This document shows positions 9,437 through 17,628 of a stretch of DNA of 64,000 bases, in pieces. The notes under the pieces are model-generated. The model was not told the origin of the DNA. It searched no databases and worked only from the letters and a program-made list of their open reading frames with translations. Numbering within the stretch: position 1 is the first letter of the stretch; each line of letters opens with the position of its first letter. This DNA comes from Dehalococcoidia bacterium (lineage in GTDB: Bacteria; Chloroflexota; Dehalococcoidia; UBA2979): contig JALOAL010000003.1 in NCBI GenBank assembly GCA_023228825.1, forward strand, positions 198,958 to 262,957, read 5' to 3'. Position numbers and translations under genes: made by a program.

Positions 9437-9793
9437 CCCCCGCGCACGCGGCAGTCGCGCTCGACGACGGGAGGCTTCTCGTTGCCGGCGGTGCGGCGAA
9501 CCTCCAGACAGGAGGTTCCCGCGAGAACTTCATCTGGCTGCTGAACGTGGTCACCGGAGATGTCGAGTCCATCGATGCAGGCGAGGTTCGCCCCATCGCG
9601 GGGATTGCGGCCCCCTTCGGCGACGGGAGCATCCTCCTGCTGTCGTACCCGACCGAGTCGGAAGCGGTAGCGCAGTACGAGGCCTACCTCGTTCACCCAT
9701 CGCCCCCACGCACCCTCACCCGGCCCTCCTGACCACGGGCGGTATACTCCCGTCGCTCGCTGCCCGAATGCCCAACGCCGAAGGGGGTACCGC

Positions 9794-11542
9794 ATGATCG
9801 AGGGCTACCCGGAAATTGCTCGCGATGTCTCGACGCTGAAGCAGGCGCCCAACCTGTCGGACTGGGCCGCCCTGCGCGAGTCATGGTCATGGGACGACGC
9901 GTGGGCGGAGTTGGATCTGCCGGACGGGCTGGTCAACATGGCGCACGAGTGCGTCGACCGCCACGCGGAGAACGTGAACGCAGACAAGGTGGCGATCCTC
10001 TGGAACGGCGCGGACAACCAGGTGGAGACGTACACCTACGCGCAGTTCAAGGCGCAGACCAACAAGGTGGCGAACGCCCTGAAGACCCTTGGTGTGGAGA
10101 AAGGGGAGCGGGTCTTCGTCCTGAGCGACCGCATCCCGGAGTTGTACTTCTCCTGCTTCGGCGCGCTGAAGGCCGGGGCGATCATGGCGCCGCTGTTCTC
10201 GGCGTTCGGCCCAGAGCCCATCAAGGAACGCGTGGCCCGCGCGGAGGGCTCCGTCATCATCACCACGCCGAAACTGCTCCCGAAGGTGAACGCGATCCGC
10301 TCCGAGTTGCCCTCCATACGCCACGTCATCGTGATCGCCCATCGCGAGGGCAAGCCGGTGGCGGAGGGCGACATCGACTACCAGTCGATCGTGGGCTCGG
10401 CATCCGAGGAGTTTGAGATCGAGCGCACGGGGCCCGAGGACTGGTCGGTGATGCACTTCACCAGCGGCACCACCGGTCTGCCGAAGGGTGCGGCGCACGT
10501 CCACAACGCCATCGTCAGTCACTACGCCACCGGGAAGTACGCGCTGGACCTGCAGCCGGACGACATCTACTGGTGCACGGCGGACCCGGGCTGGGTGACG
10601 GGCACCTCGTACGGCATGTTCGCGCCGTTCTCCAACGGCGTCACAGCGCTCATTGACGAGGGCGGGTTCAGCGCGCGCCGCTGGTACGAACTGATCCAGA
10701 AGCACGGGGTGACGGTCTGGTACACCGCGCCCACGGCGATCCGCCTGCTGATGAAGGCCGGCGAGAGCCTGCCGGCGCAGTTCGACCTGAGCACGCTGCG
10801 CTTCATCTCCTCCGTGGGCGAGCCGCTGAACCCGGAGGCGGTGGTCTGGGGCAACCGCGCGTTCGACCAGCCCATCCACGACAACTGGTGGCAGACGGAG
10901 ACGGGCTCCATCATGTGCGCCAACTACGCCGCCATGCCGGTGCGCCCGGGCTCCATGGGCCGCCCGTTCCCCGGCGTCCACGTCTCCGTGGTGGACGACG
11001 AGGGCAACGAGATCGCCGAGCCGATGGTGGAGGGCGCCCTGGTGGTGCGCCCGCCGTGGCCCTCCATGTTCCGCACCTACTGGAACGACCAGGAGCGGTA
11101 CGACTCGCGCTTCAAGGGCGGCTGGTACTACTCCGGCGACCGCGCCAAGCGTGACGAGGACGGCTACATCTGGTTCGTGGGACGCGACGACGACGTCATC
11201 AACACGGCCGGCCACCTGGTCTCCCCGTTCGAGGTGGAGTCCGTGCTCATCGAGCACGAGGCCGTGGCGGAGGCCGGCGTGATCGGCAGGCCAGACGACG
11301 TGGCCATGGAGGTGGTGAAGGCCTTCGTCACGTTGAACGAGGGCTACACCGAGACGCCGGACCTGATGCGCGCGCTGAACCGCCACTGCCGCGAGCGCCT
11401 CGGCTCCACCGTGGCGCCTCGAGAGATCGTGGTGATCGACATCCTGCCGAAGACGCGCTCCGGCAAGATCATGCGTCGCCTGCTGAAGGCCCGCGAACTC
11501 GGCCTCCCCGAGGGCGACATCAGCACGCTCGAGGAGGATTAG
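9794..11542 (+). CDS. acsA: acetyl-CoA synthetase-like AMP-forming acyl-CoA synthetase
   Basis: AMP-binding motif FTSGTTGLPKGAAHVHN, WWQTETG, YYSGDRAKRDEDGYIWFVGRDDDVIN, C-terminal PKTRSGKIMRR. Length and motifs match the short bacterial AcsA type. Confidence 0.8.
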   Translation: MIEGYPEIARDVSTLKQAPNLSDWAALRESWSWDDAWAELDLPDGLVNMAHECVDRHAENVNADKVAILWNGADNQVETYTYAQFKAQTNKVANALKTLGVEKGERVFVLSDRIPELYFSCFGALKAGAIMAPLFSAFGPEPIKERVARAEGSVIITTPKLLPKVNAIRSELPSIRHVIVIAHREGKPVAEGDIDYQSIVGSASEEFEIERTGPEDWSVMHFTSGTTGLPKGAAHVHNAIVSHYATGKYALDLQPDDIYWCTADPGWVTGTSYGMFAPFSNGVTALIDEGGFSARRWYELIQKHGVTVWYTAPTAIRLLMKAGESLPAQFDLSTLRFISSVGEPLNPEAVVWGNRAFDQPIHDNWWQTETGSIMCANYAAMPVRPGSMGRPFPGVHVSVVDDEGNEIAEPMVEGALVVRPPWPSMFRTYWNDQERYDSRFKGGWYYSGDRAKRDEDGYIWFVGRDDDVINTAGHLVSPFEVESVLIEHEAVAEAGVIGRPDDVAMEVVKAFVTLNEGYTETPDLMRALNRHCRERLGSTVAPREIVVIDILPKTRSGKIMRRLLKARELGLPEGDISTLEED

Positions 11543-11647
11543 GCCGCGCCTGCTGACCTCGCCATCCACCCGGGCGAACTGCGGGAGCGGCCTCGCCAAG
11601 ATGCCGCCCTCGACGCGTGCTACCGGCGCGGGCGGCAGTGCCGAGGG

Positions 11648-11839
11648 CTATGCCATGGGGCCCTGGGACTGCCGCTGCGGGTTCGCTCCCTGCGCGCTGG
11701 CGCCCTGGCTGTTCATCTCCTGCCCGCAGGCGCACATGGGGTTCATGTCAGCCGCCATGCCGGCATCCGCGGAGCGCGTCACCTGGATCTCCGCGCCGCA
11801 GTTGGAGCATGCGTAGACCTGTCCTGCCTCGAACGACAT
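11648..11839 (-). CDS. small Cys4 zinc-ribbon-like protein (hypothetical)
   Basis: 63 aa from the internal ATG with CSNCG...CACG spacing. Divergent from citrate synthase. Amino-acid composition looks protein-like, unlike the Arg-rich shadow ORFs. Confidence 0.4.
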   Translation of the reverse strand: MSFEAGQVYACSNCGAEIQVTRSADAGMAADMNPMCACGQEMNSQGASAQGANPQRQSQGPMA

Positions 11840-12094
11840 CCTGTGAGTCCTTTCTTCGGGCCGGGCGCCGAGGTGGCCCCTGCCCCTCAAGCAGAGCCCC
11901 CGAACAGTCGCCAGCCGGGGCTATCAGCGGCGATGCCTGCCCCCCGGCTTCGTGACACGCACGTGACGATCGAGGGCACTCCGGGAGGCCGCCAGCAGGA
12001 CGGCGGCGACATCGTGCACAATGCACCCAGCCGGCTCACCGCCGCGCTGGAAGCGCATCAGCCGGGCGACGCGCGATGTCCCGAGGAGGCTCCG

Positions 12095-13237
12095 ATGGCC
12101 GAGACGACGAACGACGTGCAGATCCACCGCGGCCTGCAGGGCGTCTACTTCGACCGCTCGGCGGTGTGCGACATCGACGGGCGCGCGGGCGAACTCTGGT
12201 ATCGCGGCTACTCCATCCACGAACTGGCGGAGCACTCCACGTTCGAGGAGACCGCCTACCTCCTGCTGCACGGCGACCTGCCCACCGCCTCGCAACTGCG
12301 GGAGTGGTCGGACGCCCTGGTGGCCGCGCGTACCCTCCCGCCCGAGGTCGTCGAGGTGATCCGCACGGTCCAGCGCGCGCACCCGATGGACGTGCTGCGC
12401 ACGGCAGTCTCCGCGCTGGCGGTGGACGACCCGGACGTGGCCGACAACTCGCCCGAGGCCACCCTGCGCAAGGCGGTACGCCTCACCAGCCAGGTGCCGA
12501 TGATCGTCGCGGCGCACCACCGCATCCGCTCCGGCCTCGAGCCGCTGGAGCCGGACGCCACGCTCGGACACGCGGCCAACTTCCTCTGGCTGATCAAGGG
12601 CGAACGGCCGTCCGAGGATGCCGCGCGCCTGATGGACCTGGATCTGATCCTGCACGCGGAGCACGGGGCGAATGCCTCGTCGTTCACGGCGCGCGTGGTG
12701 GCGGCGACGGATGCGAACCTGCACGCGGCGGTGACCTCGGGCGTGGCGGCGCTGAGCGGGCCGGCGCACGGCGGCGCCGCCGAGAACGTGATGCGCATGG
12801 CGCAGGAGATCGGCGAGCCGGAGCACGCCGCCGCCTACGTGAAGGCCCTCCGCGACGAGCGCAAGCCCGTCATGGGCTTTGGCCATCGCGTCTACCGCAC
12901 GGAAGACCCGCGCGCGCGCCACATGCGCGCCGGCGTGAAGCGCCTGTCCGAGGAGATGGGCCAGCCGAAGTGGTTCGCCATCCTGGAGGCCGTCGTGGAG
13001 GCGATGCGGCCCTACGCGCGCCTGGGCGTGAACGTGAACGTCGACTTCTACGCGGGCGTCGTCTACTACCTGCACGGCATCCCGGAGGACCTCTTCGTCC
13101 CCATCTTCGCCGTGGGCCGCACTCCGGGATGGTGCGTGAGCGTCCTGGAGCAGTACGCACACAACATCCTCATCCGCCCCCTCACCCTCTACGCCGGCCC
13201 CGCGCCGAGGGCGTACGTTGGGATCGAGGAGCGATGA
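12095..13237 (+). CDS. citrate synthase (short, about 380 aa type)
   Basis: GYSIHELAE, MGFGHRVYRTEDPRA, and the catalytic His/Asp context. ATG at 12095 chosen; the upstream 84 residues of the track ORF are non-homologous. Confidence 0.85.
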   Translation: MAETTNDVQIHRGLQGVYFDRSAVCDIDGRAGELWYRGYSIHELAEHSTFEETAYLLLHGDLPTASQLREWSDALVAARTLPPEVVEVIRTVQRAHPMDVLRTAVSALAVDDPDVADNSPEATLRKAVRLTSQVPMIVAAHHRIRSGLEPLEPDATLGHAANFLWLIKGERPSEDAARLMDLDLILHAEHGANASSFTARVVAATDANLHAAVTSGVAALSGPAHGGAAENVMRMAQEIGEPEHAAAYVKALRDERKPVMGFGHRVYRTEDPRARHMRAGVKRLSEEMGQPKWFAILEAVVEAMRPYARLGVNVNVDFYAGVVYYLHGIPEDLFVPIFAVGRTPGWCVSVLEQYAHNILIRPLTLYAGPAPRAYVGIEER

Positions 13238-13240
13238 GAC

Positions 13241-13459
13241 ATGCGCTGCACGGTCTGTCAGCAGGGTGAGACGCGGACGGGGGTCACGAACCTGGGCTTC
13301 CAGCGTGGGAGCAACCAGGTGGTCGTGAGGGACGTGCCGGCCGACATCTGCGAGGCGTGCACGGAGTTCTTCGTGGACGAGGTCACCAGCGGCCAGGTCA
13401 TTGCCCTCGCGGAGGACGCCATCGCGCACGGATGGGCGGTCGTGCACTACGCTTCCTGA
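13241..13459 (+). CDS. YgiT-type zinc-finger protein (MqsA N-terminal domain-like), standalone
   Basis: MRCTVCQQGETRTG...VVVRDVPADICEACTEFFVDE matches the M-x-C-x2-C...GE...VPA-x-C-x2-C-GE pattern of zf-YgiT. No HTH domain and no MqsR-like partner. Confidence 0.6.
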   Translation: MRCTVCQQGETRTGVTNLGFQRGSNQVVVRDVPADICEACTEFFVDEVTSGQVIALAEDAIAHGWAVVHYAS

Positions 13460-13492
13460 CTTCTGGAGCACCCCGCCGGAAAGAAGCCGCGC

Positions 13493-14026
13493 ATGACCAC
13501 CGCCGACGCACCGAGGCTCACCGCCGTCACGCTCTCCACGCTCGCCGCCACGCCCGCCACCGTCCGCCTGCTGCTCACCGGCCTCGCCGAGGGCACCCTC
13601 CACGCGACGCCACCGGCTGAGGCAGAAGCCGGCGACTGGAGCCTGCACACCGTCGCGGTACACCTGGTCGACAGCCATCGGCGTCAGGTGAGGCGGATCC
13701 GGCGCATGGTGGCGGAGGACCGCCCCACACTCGCCGCCGTCGACGATTGGGAGTCGCTCGTGGTGTCCGGGCTGCAGGACGAAGGCACCGAGGCGCTCAT
13801 CGAGGTTCTGGCGGCGGAGCGGGCGAGCGACGTGCCGTGGTACGCCTCGCTGGACGCGGCGGCGCTCGGCCGCACGGGGGTGCATTCGGCGGCGGCCGAG
13901 GTGAGCGTGGCGCACGTCCTGAACCACGCCGCGTACCACGACGCCCAGCACCTGGGGCAGGTGGCCCGCCTGATCGAGGTGGCCGCGGACGCCGGGCGCG
14001 GCCGCATGCGCTTCGCCGGGCCGTAG
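13493..14026 (+). CDS. DinB/YfiT-like putative metal-dependent hydrolase
   Basis: About 175 aa helical-bundle pattern with conserved His residues (HTVAVHLVDSH...; HVLNHAAYHDAQHLGQ). Confidence 0.5.
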   Translation: MTTADAPRLTAVTLSTLAATPATVRLLLTGLAEGTLHATPPAEAEAGDWSLHTVAVHLVDSHRRQVRRIRRMVAEDRPTLAAVDDWESLVVSGLQDEGTEALIEVLAAERASDVPWYASLDAAALGRTGVHSAAAEVSVAHVLNHAAYHDAQHLGQVARLIEVAADAGRGRMRFAGP

Positions 14027-14033
14027 GCAGACA

Positions 14034-14567
14034 GTGCGCCGCCCTCCCGTCTTCCGCTGGATCCGGAACGTCCCGCTGCTCCGCACGCTGGCGGAGGTCG
14101 CCGCCGGCCTGCTCGCCTCCCGTCAGCCGGTGGGGGCCACGGCGGTGATCGTGGGGCCGGACGGCCTGGTGCTGGTGGCGCTGCATCGCACCCGGCCCTC
14201 GGCGCCGTGGGGGTTGCCGGGCGGCTGGCTGCACCGAGGCGAACTGCCGGAGGACGGCGTGCTGCGCGAGGTGGCCGAGGAACTCGACGTGCCCGTGACG
14301 CTGGAGCGCTACCTGTGCTCCTATGCACACTGGAACGGTCGTTTCCGCCCGCGCGGGCTGAGCCTGGCCTTTCGCCTCCGCTCGACCGCTCCGCCGGGGA
14401 CGCAGGTGACGCCTCGCTCCTGGGAGATCGCCGTCACCCGCTGGGTGACGGGAGCCCAGGCAACGGCGATGCTTGCCCCGGACGAGGCGCGCGCGGTGAG
14501 GCTCGCCCTGGGCTCGCCACCCGCCCCCGCCGAGCCGCTTGAGACGCCGGAGAGAGACCGGACATGA
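14034..14567 (+). CDS. NUDIX hydrolase
   Basis: Nudix box GGWLHRGELPEDGVLREVAEELDV (GX5EX7REUXEEXGU). Confidence 0.7.
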   Translation: MRRPPVFRWIRNVPLLRTLAEVAAGLLASRQPVGATAVIVGPDGLVLVALHRTRPSAPWGLPGGWLHRGELPEDGVLREVAEELDVPVTLERYLCSYAHWNGRFRPRGLSLAFRLRSTAPPGTQVTPRSWEIAVTRWVTGAQATAMLAPDEARAVRLALGSPPAPAEPLETPERDRT

Positions 14568-14580
14568 GAGGGAGTGCCTG

Positions 14581-15195
14581 ATGCCGCTGGTCCCGATCCT
14601 CCGTGAGGAGGCGCTGCGACGAGGCCTGCTGGACGCGGACGAGGGCGTGGACGCTGCCACGGCGTTCCGCCTGGTGCGCGACATGCCCTACCGGCGCGCC
14701 TCGGACCGGCAGCCGGAGACGATCCTGCGCGAGTGGCGCGGCACGTGCTCCGGGAAGCACTACCTGTTGCGCGACCTGCTGCGCGAGATCGGGATGCCCT
14801 CTACGGTCATCCTCGCCACGCACGAGTTCACGCCGGACAACTCGCCGTGGCTGCCGCCGCACCTGATGACCGAGGCGATCCTGGCGCCGGTGCCGGACGT
14901 CCACAACTTCCTCCGCGTCCAGTACGACCCGGCGGACGACCAGTGGATGACCGTGGACTGCACCTGGCCCAGCGCCGCTCGACGCCTGGAGATGCCGGCC
15001 AACCTCTCGTTCGAGCCCGGCGTGGACCAGCGCATTGCCTGCGACCCGATCGAGATCTTCCACGTGCCGGAGGACCAGGACCCGCAGGCCCTGAAGGAGG
15101 AGGTGCTGGCCGACCACGTCGGCCAGCAGGCCGCGCGTCGGGACGCCTTCATCAACGGTCTCTCGGACTGGGTGGAGCGCGAACTGGGCCAATAA
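14581..15195 (+). CDS. transglutaminase-like/arylamine-N-acetyltransferase-like Cys-His-Asp fold protein (hypothetical)
   Basis: WRGTCSGKHYLLRDLLREIGMPSTVIL resembles the NAT RGGYCFELN...LGF active-site segment, with downstream His/Asp candidates. 4-bp-spaced from the Nudix gene. Confidence 0.5.
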   Translation: MPLVPILREEALRRGLLDADEGVDAATAFRLVRDMPYRRASDRQPETILREWRGTCSGKHYLLRDLLREIGMPSTVILATHEFTPDNSPWLPPHLMTEAILAPVPDVHNFLRVQYDPADDQWMTVDCTWPSAARRLEMPANLSFEPGVDQRIACDPIEIFHVPEDQDPQALKEEVLADHVGQQAARRDAFINGLSDWVERELGQ

Positions 15196-15268
15196 CGGGC
15201 GGCCGCAGCGGGCCATCGAGGCTGACGGCTGCCTCGGTTAGGATGGCGACGGCCACGAGTGGAGCGAG

Positions 15269-15601
15269 GTGGAGGCATCCGTGCAGAGCGCCCGAGTCAA
15301 CGCGATCTACACCGCCTTCGCCACCCTGGTGTTCACCGGTCTGCAGTACTTCCAGGGTGAGCGCAGCGTCATGGTGCTGGCCGTGGGCGCGGTCATGTTC
15401 TTCGTCTTCACGTTCTTTATGCTGCGCCTCATCAATCGCGTCACCTCCGTCATGGTGGGCGGCCTGAGCCGTAAGCGCGGCGAGCGCACCAGCGACGCCG
15501 ATGCCGAACGTGGCCCGGAGGTCATCGAGCCCACCACCTCGCGCCCGGAACACGTCCGGCGCCGCCGCGAACGCCGCACACGGCGCGGCCGCCGCTCGTA
15601 G
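15269..15601 (+). CDS. small membrane protein with Arg-rich C-terminal tail (hypothetical)
   Basis: Two predicted TM helices (IYTAFATLVFTGLQYF; VMVLAVGAVMFFVFTFFML) followed by a highly basic tail. Confidence 0.4.
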   Translation: MEASVQSARVNAIYTAFATLVFTGLQYFQGERSVMVLAVGAVMFFVFTFFMLRLINRVTSVMVGGLSRKRGERTSDADAERGPEVIEPTTSRPEHVRRRRERRTRRGRRS

Positions 15602-15620
15602 CACGCGTACTCATAGATAC

Positions 15621-15650
15621 GAAGAACCCCCGGCGTCCCGGGGGTTCTTC
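15621..15650. terminator. bidirectional stem-loop between convergent genes
   Basis: Perfect 13-bp inverted repeat GAAGAACCCCCGG-cgtc-CCGGGGGTTCTTC immediately after the stop at 15601. No U-tract, which is common in high-GC genomes. Confidence 0.45.
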
Positions 15651-15745
15651 GATCTGAACGGCTCCGGTCGGTACCAGTGGGTGACCCAGTGGGTGACGAG
15701 GCATCCGGGACCTGGAGGTGCTCCTCGCTGACCTGCACCGGCCCC

Positions 15746-16408
15746 CTACTCGGAGCGCTGGGCCACCACGCACCACAGCGGGTCGGCGTCCGGCGGCGAA
15801 CGGTCGACGAAGACCGGCTCGTCAAAGTTGCCGGCCAGTCCGAAGTACGAGGCCACCAGCCGCACGCGGTCGGCCGGCCCCAACTGGCGCCAGACCTCCA
15901 CCGCCTTGGTGGGGAACATGCGATGGGAGAAGGTGACGACGAACGTGCCGCCCGGCGCCAGCACGCGGCCCACCTCGCGGAAGACGTCCACGGGCTGGAC
16001 CAGGTACTGCACGGACACGGCGCACAACGCCACGTCGAAGGAGGCGGCCTCGTACGGCAGGACGGGATCCGTGTTCAGGTCGTGCACCACGCGATCCGTG
16101 AGTTGGGGGTTGTCCCGCAACTCCTCCTGGTTCATCCCCAGCCCGGCCACCCGCGCGTACTCCACGTCCGAGGGCAGGTGCGACACCCAGGAGGACATCA
16201 GGTCCAGCACCCGTGCGCCCGGCGGGACCACCTCGCGGTAGAACTCGGTGAGCGCCTGGATGGTCGCGTCGTCAATGTGGGTGACGAAGCGGGGGACTTC
16301 GTAGAAGAAGCGGTCGGAGGACATGTCCTCGCGGCGGAAGAACTGCGCGGGCATCTGCGGCATCTGGGGCTGTTCAGGCTGGTCAGGTTGGTCAGGCTGC
16401 TCAGGCAT
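15746..16408 (-). CDS. class I SAM-dependent methyltransferase
   Basis: VLDLMSSWVSHLP plus DVALCAVSVQYL and LAPGGTFVVTF motifs. N-terminus carries a PDQPDQPEQPQMPQMP repeat encoded by a 9-bp tandem repeat. Confidence 0.8.
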   Translation of the reverse strand: MPEQPDQPDQPEQPQMPQMPAQFFRREDMSSDRFFYEVPRFVTHIDDATIQALTEFYREVVPPGARVLDLMSSWVSHLPSDVEYARVAGLGMNQEELRDNPQLTDRVVHDLNTDPVLPYEAASFDVALCAVSVQYLVQPVDVFREVGRVLAPGGTFVVTFSHRMFPTKAVEVWRQLGPADRVRLVASYFGLAGNFDEPVFVDRSPPDADPLWCVVAQRSE

Positions 16409-16498
16409 TGGGGGGCGCTCCCTGCATCCGCGGCAGAATAGCCGCTGCCAAGGAGGCCCGCGCGGCTCGTGCTGGCCCGCGCTCGATCTACCGTGACG

Positions 16499-16984
16499 TC
16501 AGTTCTGGGTGCTCACCACGCCGCCGACCACGAGGCTCGCGTGCAGGCCCTCGTGCCCGGGGATGATGCACGTGAAGGCCAGGGCGCCGGCCTCGGGTAC
16601 GCGCAGGCGGATGACGGTGTCCCCGTTGGGTGCGAGCGACTCGTGCATCTCGGAGCCCGGGGCGGCGCCGGTCATCACGAAGGCATGAGGCGCGCCGGCG
16701 GAACCGGCCAGGACGAACTCCACCACCTCGCCCGGCCGAGCCACGATCGAGGACAGGTCCAGCCGCCCGGTGGAAGCGTCCACCACGAAGGAGCGGTCCA
16801 CCTCCACGGCGGAGAGGTCCACGCCGCGGATCAGCACGTCGTGGCCGTGGGAGCCCCATGCGAACGCCCACGCCACGGCGCCCACCATCACCATGGCAAA
16901 GCCGAGGCGGCGCCAGCGGGGGCGGGTGCGCAGCGGAAGTTCCAGGGCGGTCACCCGTCTAGCGTACCTCCAGCGGGGCGCCAC
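16499..16984 (-). CDS. cupredoxin-like (blue-copper-type) protein with N-terminal membrane anchor
   Basis: TM helix LGFAMVMVGAVAWAFAW, then a beta-rich domain ending FTCIIPGHEGLHASL (Cys-x4-His...His). A candidate type-1 copper site. Confidence 0.5.
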   Translation of the reverse strand: MAPRWRYARRVTALELPLRTRPRWRRLGFAMVMVGAVAWAFAWGSHGHDVLIRGVDLSAVEVDRSFVVDASTGRLDLSSIVARPGEVVEFVLAGSAGAPHAFVMTGAAPGSEMHESLAPNGDTVIRLRVPEAGALAFTCIIPGHEGLHASLVVGGVVSTQN

Positions 16985-17005
16985 GCGTGGGACTTGAAGC
17001 CCGTA

Positions 17006-17575
17006 CTACCGGCCGCCCGCGGCAGGCGGCGCGCCGAGGCGGTCCGCGAATTCACCCAGGTCTCGCACGCGCTGGACGCGCGGGTCCAGGTCCACGCGGT
17101 TCGTGGGCCAGTCCCGCAGGAAGATGCGCGTGTCCGAGCCCTGCGCCAGCAACTGCGCGGTCCGGGGGTCGTCGTCAATGTGCTCGGCGGCGCGCAGGAT
17201 TGTGAGCGCGTCCAGTTTGAAGTGGGGACTCCGGAGTCGGGTCTGGTTCACCACCACGCGGTCGAAGAGCGCCTCGAAGCCGTGGCGGCGAAGCCACCAG
17301 CGCGGATAGGTGCGGCGGCCCGTCAGCACCACCAGTTGGCGCACCTCGCGCAGACGCTCCAGCGCCTCACGCGCGCCCGGGAGCGGGCGACGCGGGTTGA
17401 AGCGCAGGTGGTCCAGCGGCTCTCCCAGCCATCGAGGCGTGATGCGCGCCGGGACTGGCGTGGCGCCCGGGTCCAGGAACGTGCGGTGCACGCCCACGTT
17501 CCACCCGAAGTACGGAGAACAGAACACGCCGTCCATGTCCACGGTCAGCACGGGCAAGTCAGGCCGGCGGCTCAT
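17006..17575 (-). CDS. HAD-superfamily hydrolase-like protein
   Basis: N-terminal DxD motif LTVDMDGVF and downstream VVLTGRR. Short (189 aa). Confidence 0.5.
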   Translation of the reverse strand: MSRRPDLPVLTVDMDGVFCSPYFGWNVGVHRTFLDPGATPVPARITPRWLGEPLDHLRFNPRRPLPGAREALERLREVRQLVVLTGRRTYPRWWLRRHGFEALFDRVVVNQTRLRSPHFKLDALTILRAAEHIDDDPRTAQLLAQGSDTRIFLRDWPTNRVDLDPRVQRVRDLGEFADRLGAPPAAGGR

Positions 17576-17628
17576 GCGCCCTCAATCCCTTGGTCCTGGC
17601 AATCCCCTGGTCCTGGCGGCGGCGCGCA

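Noticed and set aside
13241-13459. MqsR/MqsA toxin-antitoxin module
   Set aside because: Only the zinc-finger module is present. There is no HTH domain and no small RNase-like toxin ORF on either side.
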